Counted from the stretch's first letter, positions 39,020 to 53,660 are shown. The stretch: DNA of 64,000 nucleotides from Octopus sinensis (GCF_006345805.1 NC_043008.1:48050001-48114000); one strand, 5' to 3'. Made by a program: numbers and translations. Notes: a model not told the origin generated them from the letters alone.

Positions 39020-39585
39020 ATAAGTTGAGGTGTTTTCGTTGTGTTTTCTGAAAGAGGAAATACGTATACCACACTCGCCAAACTCTCATTGGAACGATAT
39101 TATCAGGAAATATACTCAAAGATAAACAGGTGTAGAATCGAGTGAGAACTTTATCGCATATCCTCTTCATGACATGGATGTCGGTTGACAGGAAACTTCG
39201 GTGCTTAGAAGACATTTTCAGTCTTTTAATGTTTTTTTTTAATCAATGATAATCTTTTGTAATGAGATAATTCTCTCAACAGATGGCGTAGGTGTATAAG
39301 TAAGCATTACGCACGCGACGTGTTTCGTTAACAAAAAAACATTTCCAAAAAGTAAAGTCTTACATCTAACACGTGAGACGCAGAAGCAATTGGTAAAAGA
39401 TACTTCCGCTTTTAGAATCTGAAAGTTAAATAACTGCAATAAAATTATTTGATCGGAATTTCTGAATAGTTCAGAAAAGTTGACTGAAGTTGATTTAATC
39501 ATTTCAACAAACTAGAGAAAACAATGGAAAGGTTTCCGTATTGTTTCACTTTCTCAAGGAAGCACGTTTATATTCAGATGAATAT

Positions 39586-39790
39586 GGTACTTAAGTTAAA
39601 GGCACCAGAATTCTGTATGGTATTATCCATATAAATCAAATGGGGTGATTATAATCAAAATAAGCAACAAGGATATCCAAGGTAGAGTAGTACAATCGTT
39701 TCACGCTACTTCATTTTATTAAACACTGTAAGTATTACATCAGTTTTAAAATGCCGAGCAATCTTCAACCACTTATATAATTTTCCGATT
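39586..39790 (-). mobile_element. Second copy of the 8960-9342 family (single arm plus tail)
   Basis: ggtacttaag...ttatccatataa...ggggtgattataatcaaa...cgtttcacgctac...gtaagtattacatcagttttaaaatg shared with 8965-9130. Confidence 0.65.
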
Positions 39791-39827
39791 AAACGTACAA
39801 TGCACATTCTTATCCCTATTTCATTTC

Positions 39828-39929
<102 letters not shown>

Positions 39930-41384
39930 TCACGAATCTGTATTAGATAGTTCATACCTTCAAGAGAGTCTTTCACGACTTTCATATTCTTTGACATCCC
40001 CCGTATATACTCTCGAATACCGTACATACAGATATACTTTTATGAAATATATGAATTATATGTGTCTGTGTGTGTGATTTGAACTAAGAACTTAAAAAGA
40101 TCTAAGTAAATACCTCATCATTCAAAGCAGCGCTCTACCCATTCTGCTATCTAATATCCTCTTGTTTTAAAACATTTTAAAATGCCATAAATATTGACGA
40201 AATGGTGTGGCCAACTCAGACAAACAACAACATTTTTAACGAATTTCTCTCAATTAACAACTATTAACATATTTCTCAATATTGTATTGTTATTGTAGTT
40301 GTTGTATTAGTATTTGTTTATTGTTTGTTCAGTATTGATCGGTGTATTTTCGTTTTGCGATGTTTTATTTCGTAAAGTCTGTTTTTATAGAAAGTGACAT
40401 CTTATTCAAATATGTTTTCTCTTGAGAAACAATAAATTTGCCAGTTGTTCACTCTTAAATAAAGAGTGTTATTTGTCATTATTCATCTGTCATTATTCAT
40501 TAATATTGTCATTTTTAATAATTAGTTTTAATCACTTGTGTTATTATTTTATTATCTAAGCTTTCTATGAATTCACCATAAACTTCCCATTCACCAATAT
40601 TTCCAAACTTTCTTTTCCTTTCTATTTCCTTCTTTTCTCTCTACCTCCAGAGTTCCATAACTTCGATCTCTGGACTCTGGTAGTTTTGTTATTCTTTTTT
40701 TCTTGAAACTTTAGTTTTTGTTTTGCTTTGTTTCCTCTGGTGCACACACTGGAAAAAGTTGCCGTATTTTGTTTCGAATTTATTAGAATATTTCCCAAAA
40801 TAAACTGGACATCAGCCAACATGGAATACTTCAAATTTACACATTTGTGTTGCTTTCGATGCCGTTAGCAGTGTAAACCACGTGACTGAAAACACGTCAC
40901 AATCTCCCTCTCTCTGCTTGCAGCGATGCGAAGCTAAGCCCGGCGGTCCTTGCCAAAATGAAAAATATCCCACACTAAATTTGGACTTCGGTGAAGTGGC
41001 TCAAATCTTTAGCAAAGAATTATGCCGTGGGTTGAACCGAATCCAGTTCTGGAGACAATGGATAGTGTAATCCGAGATTGAATGTGTCAGGAAAAGGTAA
41101 AGGATAACCTCGTTGACTGAACCGAATTGAACGCATCCCTGCACTGATAGTTACATAATAATTAATGCTGCTTTGATCGATGCCGGATCGATACGAATCT
41201 CAGTCAACAACCTCGATGCGTTTCGAAATCAAATCGTAAGAAAGAGAAATTTTAATCTGCAAATGTTTGACGTGCACGAAAGCGGTTCAGCTGCACCACT
41301 GCCATTAACAATACACACTCACACACACACACACACACCACACACACACACATATACGTGCATACATACATATAGAAATATCTA

Positions 41385-41418
41385 CATATGTATGTATGTA
41401 TGTATGTATGTACGTATG

Positions 41419-41452
<34 letters not shown>

Positions 41453-41580
41453 TGTATGTATGTATGTATGTATGTATGTATGTATGTATGTATGTATGTA
41501 TGTATGTATGTATGTATGTATGTATGTATGTATGTATGTATACACACATATATGTACATAGATATGTATGTATGTATGTA
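41385..41580. repeat. (TATG)n array
   Basis: Direct reading. Confidence 0.95.
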
Positions 41581-42599
41581 TATTCTGGAACTCACATGTT
41601 ATCGAATTTGCTGGTGTATGAAAAAATATCTGCGAGTGATTTTAACGAAATAGGAAAAATTATGAAAAATTGAAATTAAATGTGTAAAACCAATAAAATT
41701 TCAATGAAACTGAAAATCAAATGAAAAAAAAAAACATAAAAGATCTGAAATATATTCTTAAATTTCTAAAAGAATATTTTATATTTTTCAAACAGAGTTC
41801 TTTTAGTTTTTCTGAGTGCGTGTCTGGTGTGTGTATGTGTGTGTGTGTGTGTGTATGTATCTATCTGTCTGTCTGTGTATGTGTGTCTGTGTGCTTGTCT
41901 GTCTGTCTGTACGTGTGTCCGTGTGTGTTTCTGTTGTCATCTTGTGTATGCGTGCGTGTGTTTGTGTGTGTGTGTTTGTGCGTGTGTCCATGTGCGTGTG
42001 TTTGTGCGTGTATGTGTGCGTGTGTGTGTATCTGTGTGTGTGTTATGTATATTGAGATGAAATTAAATGGATGTTTAGTGTAATCAGTAACCAAATAGTT
42101 ATTCAATTTCACATTGGAATGTTTCTGTTTCCATTGCCTTGTTTTAGAGAAAAAAGGGTTGTTATTGTGGATGTTGTTTGGCCCCGAAGGTCAGCCAAGA
42201 ACAAACAGACAGGTTTTCGAAAACCTATTAACCATAACCGTTTCGTCCTTTTTTTAAGGATCTGGGATTTCCCTGTTAGCGTAACCTCGCATTTGTAACA
42301 ATACTGTACACTCGGGTGTTATTTCTAACCGATCAAACAGCCAATAATTAGTGGCTGCCTTGTTCGTTCATCAACGTATTCATTGACTCAATTTACATAG
42401 GAAGACCACAGACAATAGAATGGACGCGAGAATATGACTGGTATTTATCTGAATTCAGAACACAGACAGACAGGAAGACAGATAAGCAGACATACAGATT
42501 GACAGACAGACAGTCTCCCGTATTCCAAGAAAGACAATTCTGTTATTCCTTGTTGAACGAACTGCACAGTTGATTTGCTTCGAGTGATCAAATGTTTGT

Positions 42600-42800
42600 G
42601 CCGCACAGAGGCTCACTTCTTTCCATCAAATAGACGTTGTCTGAACAGAGGCACGGTGTGCCACGCGTCAGGTGTCGAAGTGATGGCAGAGCAAGATAAG
42701 ATGAAGTGTTTTGCTCAAGAACACAATGCACCACCTGGCGCAGGAATTGAAACCATGATCCGGCGATCATTAGTGCACATCCTAACTACTTAGTCATGTA
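42600..42800 (-). mobile_element. Degenerate tRNA-derived SINE
   Basis: gtgttttgctcaagaacacaatgc...ggaattgaaaccatgatc...cctaactact. Confidence 0.6.
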
Positions 42801-43024
42801 GCTATGTATGTATGTATGTGTGTGTATGTGTGTGTATGTATGTATGTATGTATGTATGTGTGTATGTATGTATGTATGTGTATGTATGTATGTGTGTATG
42901 TATGTATGTGTGTGTGTATGTATATATGTATGTATGTATGTGTGTGTGTATATGTATGTATGTTTGTGTGTGTATGTATGTGTGTCTGTGTATGTATGTA
43001 TGTATGTATATATTAATGTATGTA

Positions 43025-43070
<46 letters not shown>

Positions 43071-43247
43071 GGCAATCTATCTAGGGAGATAACCTTACAA
43101 TAAATCACTGGGTCCGTAGCTTAGAAATACTGGGTTGACGTCCAGCGGGAACAGCTTTGTTTCATGGAGGAGGAAAGATCTTCTTTAGTGCTTGGTTGTA
43201 CAATGCTTTCCAATGTGTGTAGTAGTGGCGCGCGCACACATTATTAG

Positions 43248-43508
43248 CCATTTGAAAAGACTATGGAATTTACAATTAACTGCACCAGGGTTCCTCTTCC
43301 CCAGGGAACAAGACCTAATGGTATACCTGCGGATGTAGGTCCAGCCCCTGCTTTGCCGGGTCCTGTCTCTGATCACGTTGCACCTCCAAGGGCATCCATT
43401 GACGGTGATGCCCTCAATCTTAACAGACGGGTATCACCTGATGGAGAAGAGTCATCTCCCAACCAAACAACACCAAACTCCATTGTCTCGACCACGGTTG
43501 GACAATGA
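43248..43508 (+). CDS. Candidate terminal coding exon, Pro/Ser/Gly-rich, unidentified
   Basis: Unique, relatively GC-rich 86-codon frame after attattag (PFEKTMEFTINCTRVPLPQGTRPNG...STTVGQ*); no family recognised. Confidence 0.35.
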   Translation, partial: PFEKTMEFTINCTRVPLPQGTRPNGIPADVGPAPALPGPVSDHVAPPRASIDGDALNLNRRVSPDGEESSPNQTTPNSIVSTTVGQ

Positions 43509-44172
43509 TGATGATGATGTGTGTGTGTGTGCTGCATGTATGTATGTACGCCTCTTCTGTATTTAATCATTTAAATTCTTCCTCTGGAGAAGGAGCTGGT
43601 TTCTAACAAATAAACAAAACTCCATCATTGGAATGTAGGTAACGAAAATAATTTCACATCTTGAACTTTAGAAAAGTCTTGCATATTTTTACTGTTCCGC
43701 TTACAGATCGTATTTGTAATATGCGAATCAGTTGGTTGATTACTTTTTCTGAAAATCCAAGCTTGTCCAGACTGACAATTAGGCATTTACTTACAAAACT
43801 AAATACTCCAAGTATTACTGGTATAAATGTAAATTTGTAATCCGGGTATAGAAGCTGGAGGTGAAGCTACGAGGCGACCTCATCAGAATACAAGGTCGTA
43901 AAAGACCGTAAGTAAACAGCTGAAAATATTTATTTAGAGTACGCTGTGATATCTCCAACATTATATCATTTAGTTAGGGTACTCTGTACTCTACCGCCTC
44001 TGCCATTCTACTATATTCTTTACGAATACGAATTTATATCTCAGTGGGTTTTTTCAAACAGCTGCAGGCAAAAATTAATAACAATTCTAAAGAAAAAAAA
44101 CTGAAATTCATAAGAAAAAATTGGAAACTAACACTCGAAAAAGGAATTTCAATACAAAATTATTGAAAACTC

Positions 44173-44216
<44 letters not shown>

Positions 44217-44223
44217 TGTGTGT

Positions 44224-44277
<54 letters not shown>

Positions 44278-44814
44278 GTGTGTGTGTGTATAAACTTTAT
44301 ATACATACTGATATATACTGAAATGTTTTTACTGATCTAATTGAATTTCATTTTTCTCTTTTCTTTTTTAGCGTGATTGTGTGTATGTGTATGTCTATGT
44401 GTGTGTGTGCGTGCGATCAGTAGTGGTGATGGTGGTGGTGGTGGTGGTGGTGGCGAGGGGAGTACAACACAATATTTGTGCTGACGTTCTTAATACTTCA
44501 ATCTCTATCTGTGACAATGGCGGAAATACTGATGTCGCGCAATGTTTGGTCGTTTTTAGTTATATCACCAAATGTTTTGAGTTCGAACTGAGATTGGGTT
44601 GATACAAATGCTACCAGTAATATATTGGAATCGAGTACTCCGTCCGTTGCTCGGTCCAACACCGCCTTCTTTCATCAAGATGTTTTTATTAGGCTCCCCT
44701 CAGTTGAAAGTATTTCGTACAGCTCTTCAGGATGACGAAAAGCCATCCATTGCGGTTTACTAACCCCAACCACTCTTTCTCTCCATGTTACGCACACCTT
44801 TCTTTTCTTGCTCT

Positions 44815-45060
44815 CCGTCGTTCCAGTTGATCCGATCAACGGAACAGCCTGCTCGTAAAATTTACACGCAAGTGGCTGAGTACTCCACAGACACGCCTAA
44901 CCTTGACGCAATTCCCAATGCACGAAGGCTGACCCTTTGAATTACTTCTACAACTCATTTTTGCCAGCTGGAGCAACGTGAAATAAATTTTTTTTGCCGT
45001 GTATGGAACTCACGACCTTGCGATTATAATCCAAATACCCTAACCACTAAGCCACGCACC
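44815..45060 (-). mobile_element. tRNA-derived SINE
   Basis: Minus head ggtgcgtggcttagtggttaggg...gtcgtgagttcc; body gatcaacggaacagcctgctcg...caagtggctgag. Confidence 0.7.
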
Positions 45061-45240
45061 TTTCACGGGAACCCTGTAAAATGGACGGTTTATCCGATCC
45101 CTGGTTATTACTTTTGGTCTAATCCGGGTGGGGAGGAACGGCACCCGCTACAAACCTCTGGCCTTTCAGTTGAAATATGAAATTGTGAAAAGCGGTTGAG
45201 CAAAGATTCGGTTTTTGAGTTTGCGATATTTGAGAGAGAA

Positions 45241-45790
45241 GAAACATGTGGACGGGACACATGTGGACGGGACACATGTGGACGGGAAACATGTGGACGG
45301 GACACATGTGGACGGGAAACATGTGGGCGGGACACATGTGGACGGGACACATGTGGACGGGACACATGTGGACGGGAAACTTGTGGACGGGAACATGTGG
45401 ACGGGACACATGTGGACGGGAAACATGTGGACGGGAAACATGTGGACGGGACACATGTGGACGGGAAACATGTGGACGGGACACATGTGGACGGGATACA
45501 TGTGGACGGGACACATGTGGACGGGACACATGTGGACGGGACACATGTGGACGGGAAACATGTGGGCGGGAAACATGTGGACGGGACACATGTGGGCGGG
45601 AAACATGTGGGTGGGACACATGTGGACGGGAAACATGTGGACGGGACACATGTGGACGGGAAACATGTGGACGGGACACATGTGGACGGGAAACATGTGG
45701 ACGGGACACATGTGGACGGGAAACATGTGGACGGGACACATGTGGACGGGAAACATGTGGACGGGACACATGTGGACGGGACACATGTGG
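45241..45790. repeat. 15-bp minisatellite GA(C/A)ACATGTGGACGG, ~36 copies
   Basis: Direct reading; the two variants alternate as a 30-bp dimer from about 45600 to 45780. Confidence 0.95.
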
Positions 45791-46756
45791 GAGAAAATAC
45801 AACGTTTAAAAGTTGTATATGTGTACGTGTTTGGGTGTGCGTGTGTGCGCGTGTGTTTGTATGTGGGTGCGTGTGTGTGTGTGTGCCTGTATTATGGGTA
45901 TGTGTGTGTATGTATGTGTGCGTGTGTGGGTGTATGTGTGCATGTATGTGCCTGTATTATGTGTGCGCATGCATGTGCCTGCATTATGTGTATGTGTGTG
46001 TACGTATGTGTGCCTGAATTATGTGTGCGTTTGTGTGTGCATATGAGTGCCTGTATTATGTGTGTGTGTGTGTGCATGTCTGTGCCTGTATTATGTGTAT
46101 GCGTGTACATGAGAGTGTAGGTCTGTATGTGTAAACTCAATTATACAAGAGTGTGCATTTACGTGATCAATGCGACGATCACACGCTACACACCTTCCTT
46201 CCCAGCACTGCTGTAAACAGCAGAAGTGAGTTCTAACATTAAAACTTAGTGCGCATGGGCAGCAGAGTTCAAGGTCAGCCTGTGCCAAGCGGCTTTATCC
46301 TGCGTGCTTTAGCTTCGTTACTATGGCAACAGTGCGGATACTTACTAATCAGACCTCGTATATAACCGTGCATACTCTATACACTTTTTTTTTACTATTT
46401 TACTTGTTTCAGTCATTTGACTGCGGCCATGCTGGAGCACCGTATGTGTACGTAACTGTTTATGAGTGTTTTTGTCTGTGTGTACATAACTATACGTGAG
46501 TCTATGTGTATGTGCATATTTGTTTGAATGTGTGTGAGATATATACACACATATAAGTGTATTATGTGTTTGTGTGTGTATGAGCGCGATTCTATGTGTG
46601 AAGTGTGTACGTATCTGTGGGTACTATATATGTATGCGTATGAATACGTACGTGGGCGTGCGTGAATAAGCCTCAGCATACATGTATGTATATCCACACG
46701 CGTAATTGTATACGTACATGTATAGTTGTTTACATGATTGTGACTATATACGAGAA

Positions 46757-46789
<33 letters not shown>

Positions 46790-47051
46790 GTGTGTGTGTG
46801 TTGCTACGGTGGTTGATTGTCTCTATTATATTCGACGCTGGTTGTTTTCGGCCAGCGATAATAATAAATACGAGCTTCCCAAGATGAATCACTGTCACTT
46901 AATCCGCGCTTTAATTATAGAATTACGTTTGGGATTAAATAAACTAAATTCTCATTTTAATTCCAAATAGGAATTTCTAATTATTTCACTAAAAATATTC
47001 GTTTTGGATTCCAATGTTTGTTTTTATATTTTCTCTTTCAATTAATTTATG

Positions 47052-47340
47052 ATGGTGGTGGTGGTGGTGGTAGTGGTGGTGGTGGTGGTGGTGCTGCTGC
47101 TGCTGCTGCTGCTGGCGGTGCTGATATTGGTGCTGGTGGTGTTGGTTCTAGTGATAGTGGTGGTGGTGTTGTTGAAGGTGGCGGTTGTGGAGTGATGATG
47201 ATGATAATGAGAAGGAGGAGGTGGAGGAGGAGGAGGAGGAGGAGGTGGTGGAGGAGGAGGTGGTGGAGGTGGAGGTGGAGGAGGAGGAGGAGGAGAAGGC
47301 GGAGGAGAAGGCGGAGGAGGAGGAGGAGCACGACGACGAC
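47052..47340. repeat. Compound (GGT)/(GCT)/(GAT)/(GAG)n trinucleotide run
   Basis: Direct reading. Confidence 0.9.
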
Positions 47341-49094
47341 TACAAAGGGTCTATGTTTTGTATTTTACCAATTCCTGATTTTCGGGAGAAGAACTTTTGT
47401 CCAGAAGGTAATTTGTTTCCGATTCGATATTATTGAGTTCGAAAAAAGACGAACAAAACGGTTCAGTTTGTTTCAGTCGTCGTCGTCGTCGTTCTTGTTG
47501 TTGATGCTGCTGCTATTGTTGTTGTGAGCTGTTTGTAACAGCGCACCGTCATGTTTCTGTTTCCGAGGTGAAGGATTGAGGAGACAGAAAGTCTGTGTGT
47601 CATGTGGAGAAATTGGTAAGTAGAAACAGAGGCGAAGTATAGATATAGATAAATAGACAGATAGACATGCAGATAGATAGATTTCTTTATTAGCCACGGA
47701 GGGTCGAATAAAGAGGGGACAATATAATGGAGACCTTTTCTTTTCGAAAGAAAAAAAGAAGAAAATACGATCGTAGGGGATTGAAAGCGTTTGGAACGTG
47801 TAAACAGCGAAATGACAAGGTTCCGTTTATAATAGAGTTCCTAAAACGGTGTAACAACAGAAGTGTAACAACAACATTGCCTTCCGTGTTTGTAACACTG
47901 TCATTCGTGCGTTGCGGCCACAACATTGTCTCTTATGCTTGTTACGGCAACATCGTCTCAGAAGCCTGTTACGGCAACATTGTGTCACGTATTTAGACAA
48001 TACTGTGCTACAGGTCTATAATGTATGTATTTATATCCATATTACATGCATATGTATGTCTATATCAGTGTATGCATACGTGTGTATGTATGCCTAGGTA
48101 TATGTGCATATATGGTGTATGTATGTATGTATGTATGTATGTATGTGTGTGTGTGTATGTATATATGTATGTGTGTATGTATGTATGTGCACAGCCTTTC
48201 CTCACTTTAAAAAAAATATTCTTGCACAGGCATTGCACGATAACAACATTCATTAAGCTTCGTGTAATGGCCATACTCGATAAGGAGGGGGCAGCCACCA
48301 TATATATGTGTGTATGTACTTTAGCAGCAACACTTACATATTTCCATAATAATCTAAGGTATTATGTCTTTCTTTAACTTTGAAAGGGGGAAAACTGTCC
48401 AAGACTGGCTAATATTGGAATCGGCAACACATTCATTACCAACTGTCGTTGAGTTTAGACTTTCTTGTTAGTCTTATAGAATATTTCTGAATATCGTCTC
48501 GAATATATGTATTTATCGAACTGGAGTATGCAAACAACTTTCTGTGTCATATCATAAGAGATTCATTGAAAATTATGTCACGATTTATTATGAATTAGCT
48601 TGAGTAACATCAGTTTTAGGCACGATTATATTACTGGTATGTGAGTGTTTTTTCTTTCTTATGCCGATTTTGGCTCTCTAACTATATCTGTGGTTAGGCG
48701 GCTGTGGTTAATAGCTGGTCTAAACTCTGTTCTTACTTGCAGCCATCGTGTGTATGAATTAATTCATTCTGAGAAATATTCGCTGAATAAATTATTTTGG
48801 GTTTTAAATTTACTCATTATGTAAAAATTTTGTAAAATCCTTAATAATTAAGTTTATCGTGTTACAGATCAGAACAAAATACAACTTTCTCTCGAAACTT
48901 CATTAAAATTCCTCAGTTGTGTGAGAATTGATTAACTCTATGAGAATAAACGAAGATTATCTGAAAATCCACCGCTTCAACCAACACTGGTCGAATGAGA
49001 GTTCACCGTTGATGGCAGTCCGATCTCTTTGAGGAATTTTAACAGTTCTTGCTGCAGTTAGAACAACGGGAAACCGTTACAGAAGAATATAACA

Positions 49095-49177
<83 letters not shown>

Positions 49178-50159
49178 TGCTATAGGAGTATATTACCCTT
49201 GTACTCATGTACTCTATCACACGGTATCTTAACACAAAAGTCTCTATCACTGAATGCTGTTCAAATTATTGTGAATGATTGAAAGAAAATGTAGATCGAT
49301 ATCTGTATAGTCTTAATGCAGATCGATTTCTATATAGTTCTAAGACGTTAATTAATAATTGATAATTAAAATTAGGATTTGATATTTCTTGCACTGATTA
49401 AAAGAGGAATGGCTCTTGTAAAAAGTTTAGAAATTTAAGTCAAAATCCTCCACTCAATAATTCTACAGATTATTCTTGATTTTACGTCAGTTCTCCAGAA
49501 GAAATCAACTCCAAAATTGACACTAATTCACGGAGACAACAAATTAGCGACTATATTGTCATTCTATCTGCTAGAAATGGCAACCAAATCACACTCAAGA
49601 ATCGATTTGTTATTGCAAAAAGAGGGCATCTCGGTTAATGTGGCTCCAGATATACCTGAAATATTAACAGGATGGTCACATATTGGCTGTCTTTTTGGCC
49701 TGTTTGATTGAGGATGGCCTAATCAAGAAGGCTTTACAACAACAACAATAACAAGAATTACTTCTTATTAAAGCCTTCAATCTATGTTGTTATTCAAGCC
49801 AAGTCTGTGTCCCAATATTTTCATTGCTCTTCAATCAATGAATAACCCACTTTTAGGGAAAAGGTGTACATGATTTACCTCCCTTGTCAATACCAACTAA
49901 TGACGACTTCGTTTCACATCGATAATAATCTTTGTCTTATTCCAACGAGTCTCTGAGTTGTGCCAGGAAAATTATTGGTTGTCCAAAGCAGGAATTGCAA
50001 CAGTATCATTTTGAGAATGTGTTCTTGGATTGAATCTGAACAAAATTGTCACCTAGGCAACAACTAAATTAGAAATTATAAGTCGTGGTACTGTTGTTAT
50101 TTTCATTTATATATTTATTTATTTATTGGTCATGTTCCTTAGTGATTGGTTGGTTTAGC

Positions 50160-50320
50160 GTGAATGAGGGGAATTTGGCAGAGTCGGTAGAGCGTCGGAG
50201 AGAATACTGTGTTGTATTTGTTTAGATTTTCTAGGCTCTGAGTTGAAATCGTACCGAGGGCAAGTTCGCATTTTATTCGATCAGTCGATAAAGAACTGGT
50301 CAAACACTGAAAGTCGAATT
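50160..50320 (+). mobile_element. Degenerate SINE
   Basis: ggggaatttggcagagtcggtagagcgtcgg...ctgagttgaaatcgtaccgagggcaagttcgc resembles the head of 30673-30904. Confidence 0.55.
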
Positions 50321-51764
50321 CTTCTCTCTTGGAATCGGCTGTGAACGATCCAAGAAAAAAACCATTCGTTTCGCGAGTTCACTGATACTTTCCTTCCTCT
50401 GTTGACACTTCAAGACAGAAATTAATTCTTGTATTCAAGGAAAACTAATCGACTGATTCCGTCTGGTATTTGACTAGTCATGTCTGGGTTATTCTTCACA
50501 GTCGTCTCACTAAATTCCATATTTATTGCAAAAAATTCGACTCCAAGCAAATATTGAAACAGCAATAAACTTTATTAGAAAAACGTTAGGTAAACGAAGA
50601 TTAAAATTTCATTCGGTTAATATTGTCAAATTCTCTGTAATTACTAAGAATGAAACCATTTCTATTGGTGTCGGTTCTCTTTTATGTTAGATTATTAAAA
50701 ATCTTTCTCGACACGTTTTCCTGACGGAAAGAAATATTTAAATAACAAATAACTGAAATACAAGAAGTCTTCAAGTGAAATGTCGCTTAGAAATTATTTT
50801 TCTACTTTGGTTTTTCGCTTCGACAAGTAAATAACATCAAATTTCTACAAATTCGCGAAAGTTTATTAATCGTCGGAAGCTGGCTTCTATCTCAGCTTGA
50901 GGCCATTTTTATCATTTTTTTTTTCCTTTTCCTACGAAATAAATGAAGATGCAACTTGATTGTACAGTGATGCAAATAAAACTAAAGTTGTTGTATAATA
51001 TTTCCTGCAATCGATGAAGGAATGTGGCAGAACCGGCAGAGCGCCGGATTAAATGCAATCCGGTATCTAATTACAACTCTTCAAGTTTTAAGCTCAAGTC
51101 TCTTTGACGTTGACTCAGTACAAGTTATAAAGTTATAAAGTCAAATGTTTGTGGATTGAGAGTCCAAAGTTTCGCCAAAGATTGACTTTTCCAACTGTGT
51201 AAATAGTTAGAAGCCGGATCCATGATTATATTATGCTTTGTTTCTAAAACTCCAAATAGTTTGAAAAGCCAGACCTTGGCCAAACTTTGAAGCGACTTAC
51301 CACATGTTTCCTGATAAATATTATAATAAAAATTACATGGAGGAAGAGTCATGTAGAGCATTTAAGAACACACAAGCACTGTTTTATTTGATTTATGCTG
51401 TTTCTTGACAATGCTGTTTATTATGAGGTGCCAAATAGTTTCGTCGTATTTCTTGCGACCTAATCGCACTTTATTAACTCTACTGCATCTCTGTCAGTAA
51501 CCAAGGTCATAGAGATGCAACGAAACTGTTTGACACTTCATAATAGATTGTGTTGTCGAGAAATAAACCAAAAGAGACTATAATAGTTTAGTTGTAACGG
51601 CCAAACCGAAATGGCTACGATGGAAGTGTCTCAGTTTGAACACACATTGTCTGATCCAATTACCTGCCACACAAGTACAATTCCGAAATATTATCAAAGT
51701 ATAAGAAATATGATTATGATGTATAATATCGACAACTTATATATATATGGGCCATTGCGCCTCC

Positions 51765-51801
<37 letters not shown>

Positions 51802-51997
51802 ATATATATATATGACCGCAGTCAAATGACTGAAACACGTAAAAGAGTAAAAGAGTACAAATATATATATATATCTTATGCATTATAACTATACCATATC
51901 GACAACTGTTTAATTCCTTATATATATGTGTGTGTGTGTTGGTGTGTGAATATATGCTTTTTATTTTATATATATTGTATATTACATATATATATAT

Positions 51998-52048
<51 letters not shown>

Positions 52049-52532
52049 CAATATATATATATTATATATATATATATAAGTCTATAGTATTACACAGAGA
52101 TGTGACCCTTTACAGGACGCCTTACATGCTAGAGAGGGCAGGCAAACCCAAACCACAAAAAGAAGGCAATTCCAAAGAGAATGAAAACAACAGTCAATTT
52201 CAGTTAGTCGCAAACTCGGGTTACTGTATTAATGAACAAATAAATTAATTTGTCATCTGTCCTTCATCAGTGAGGTCGCGTACGACGAAGCATAATCATG
52301 TAGCAAATATGCACCGAAATTCCACATGTGCTGCATACTTATACATTTACGGTTTCAAATCAACTGCGCAAGCGCAGTCATGTAGTCAGCAGTAAATAAT
52401 AGAATTAAAACTGTCGATCAAGCTTTGAAATTATGTAGTTGGGAAGCTTCTTACCACACAACCATTTCTGCGCCTATATATATATATATATTTACATATA
52501 TATTTATTTATATACAAGCATATATATGTATG

Positions 52533-52637
<105 letters not shown>

Positions 52638-52646
52638 ATATATATG

Positions 52647-53611
52647 TAGGTCCCGGGTTGATTCGGGGTTAACCACAGTAAATAAGGTACTCAATACATA
52701 GCAGAGTAAAATTAATTTATTATATAGAAGGAGCTTCTACAGGACTAGAACTGTTTCATTCAAGAGAAATCTTCAGGAAGCTAGTTAACAAGAATTGTAT
52801 TAGCATTTATACATTTAGGCAGGTTTAAATGGGTGGTGGTGGGGGACTTTTTGGGGTAGGCATAGCGCAAAAAAATCATACTTGGGGGAGTGGTCAAGGA
52901 GTCAGTGGTAACTTAGATAGAAGAATAAATAAAAGAATAAAAAAAAAAGGAGAATAAAAAATATATATATATAGAAGAATAGAGTTTTAGGTAAATACGG
53001 AAAAGCTCACTTATACCTATACACATATGGTGTTGTGTGTGCATGTGTGTATGTGGATATATATGTGTGTGTATGTGTGTATGTGTATGTGTGGTCGTGT
53101 GTGTGTGTATATATACATGTGTGTGTGTATATGTATATGCATGTATATGTGTATGTATATATATATATATATATTATATATATATATATATATATGTAAA
53201 TATATGTATGTATATGTATGTGTGTATATATATATATATATGTGTGTGTGTATGTATGTGTGTATGTATATGTGTGTGTGTGTGTATATATATATATACA
53301 TATGTGTATAGGTATAAGTGAGATTTTCCTTATTTACCTAAAACTCTATTCTTCTATATATATATTTTTTTATTCTCCTTTTATTTTATTCTTTTATTTA
53401 TTCTTCTATCTAATTTACCACTGACTCCTTGACCACTCCCCCAAGTATGATTTTTTTGCGCTATGCCTACCCCCAAAAAGTCCCCCACCACCACCCCTTT
53501 AAACCTGCCTAAATGTATAAATGCCAATACAATTCTTGTTAACTAGCTTCCTGAAGATTTCTCTTGAATGAAACAGTTCTAGTCCTGTAGAAGTTCCTTC
53601 TATATAATAAA
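52647..53611. mobile_element. Head-to-head inverted pair (~312-bp arms) of a Penelope-like pseudo-LTR with a one-sided tail
   Basis: 52716-53028 is the reverse complement of 53300-53611 with about ten differences by eye; microsatellite spacer; ctgaaga...gaaacagt motif in both arms. Confidence 0.75.
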
Positions 53612-53617
53612 ATATAT

Positions 53618-53660
<43 letters not shown>

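Noticed and set aside
45108-46120. 200-300 aa ORFs (HVDGT, SRPHV, MWTGH repeats)
   Set aside because: The 15-bp unit has no stop in any frame, so it is open on both strands; no splice or codon evidence.
47018-47527. Gly/Ala/Arg- or Glu-rich protein exon
   Set aside because: Compound trinucleotide microsatellite open in several frames on both strands.
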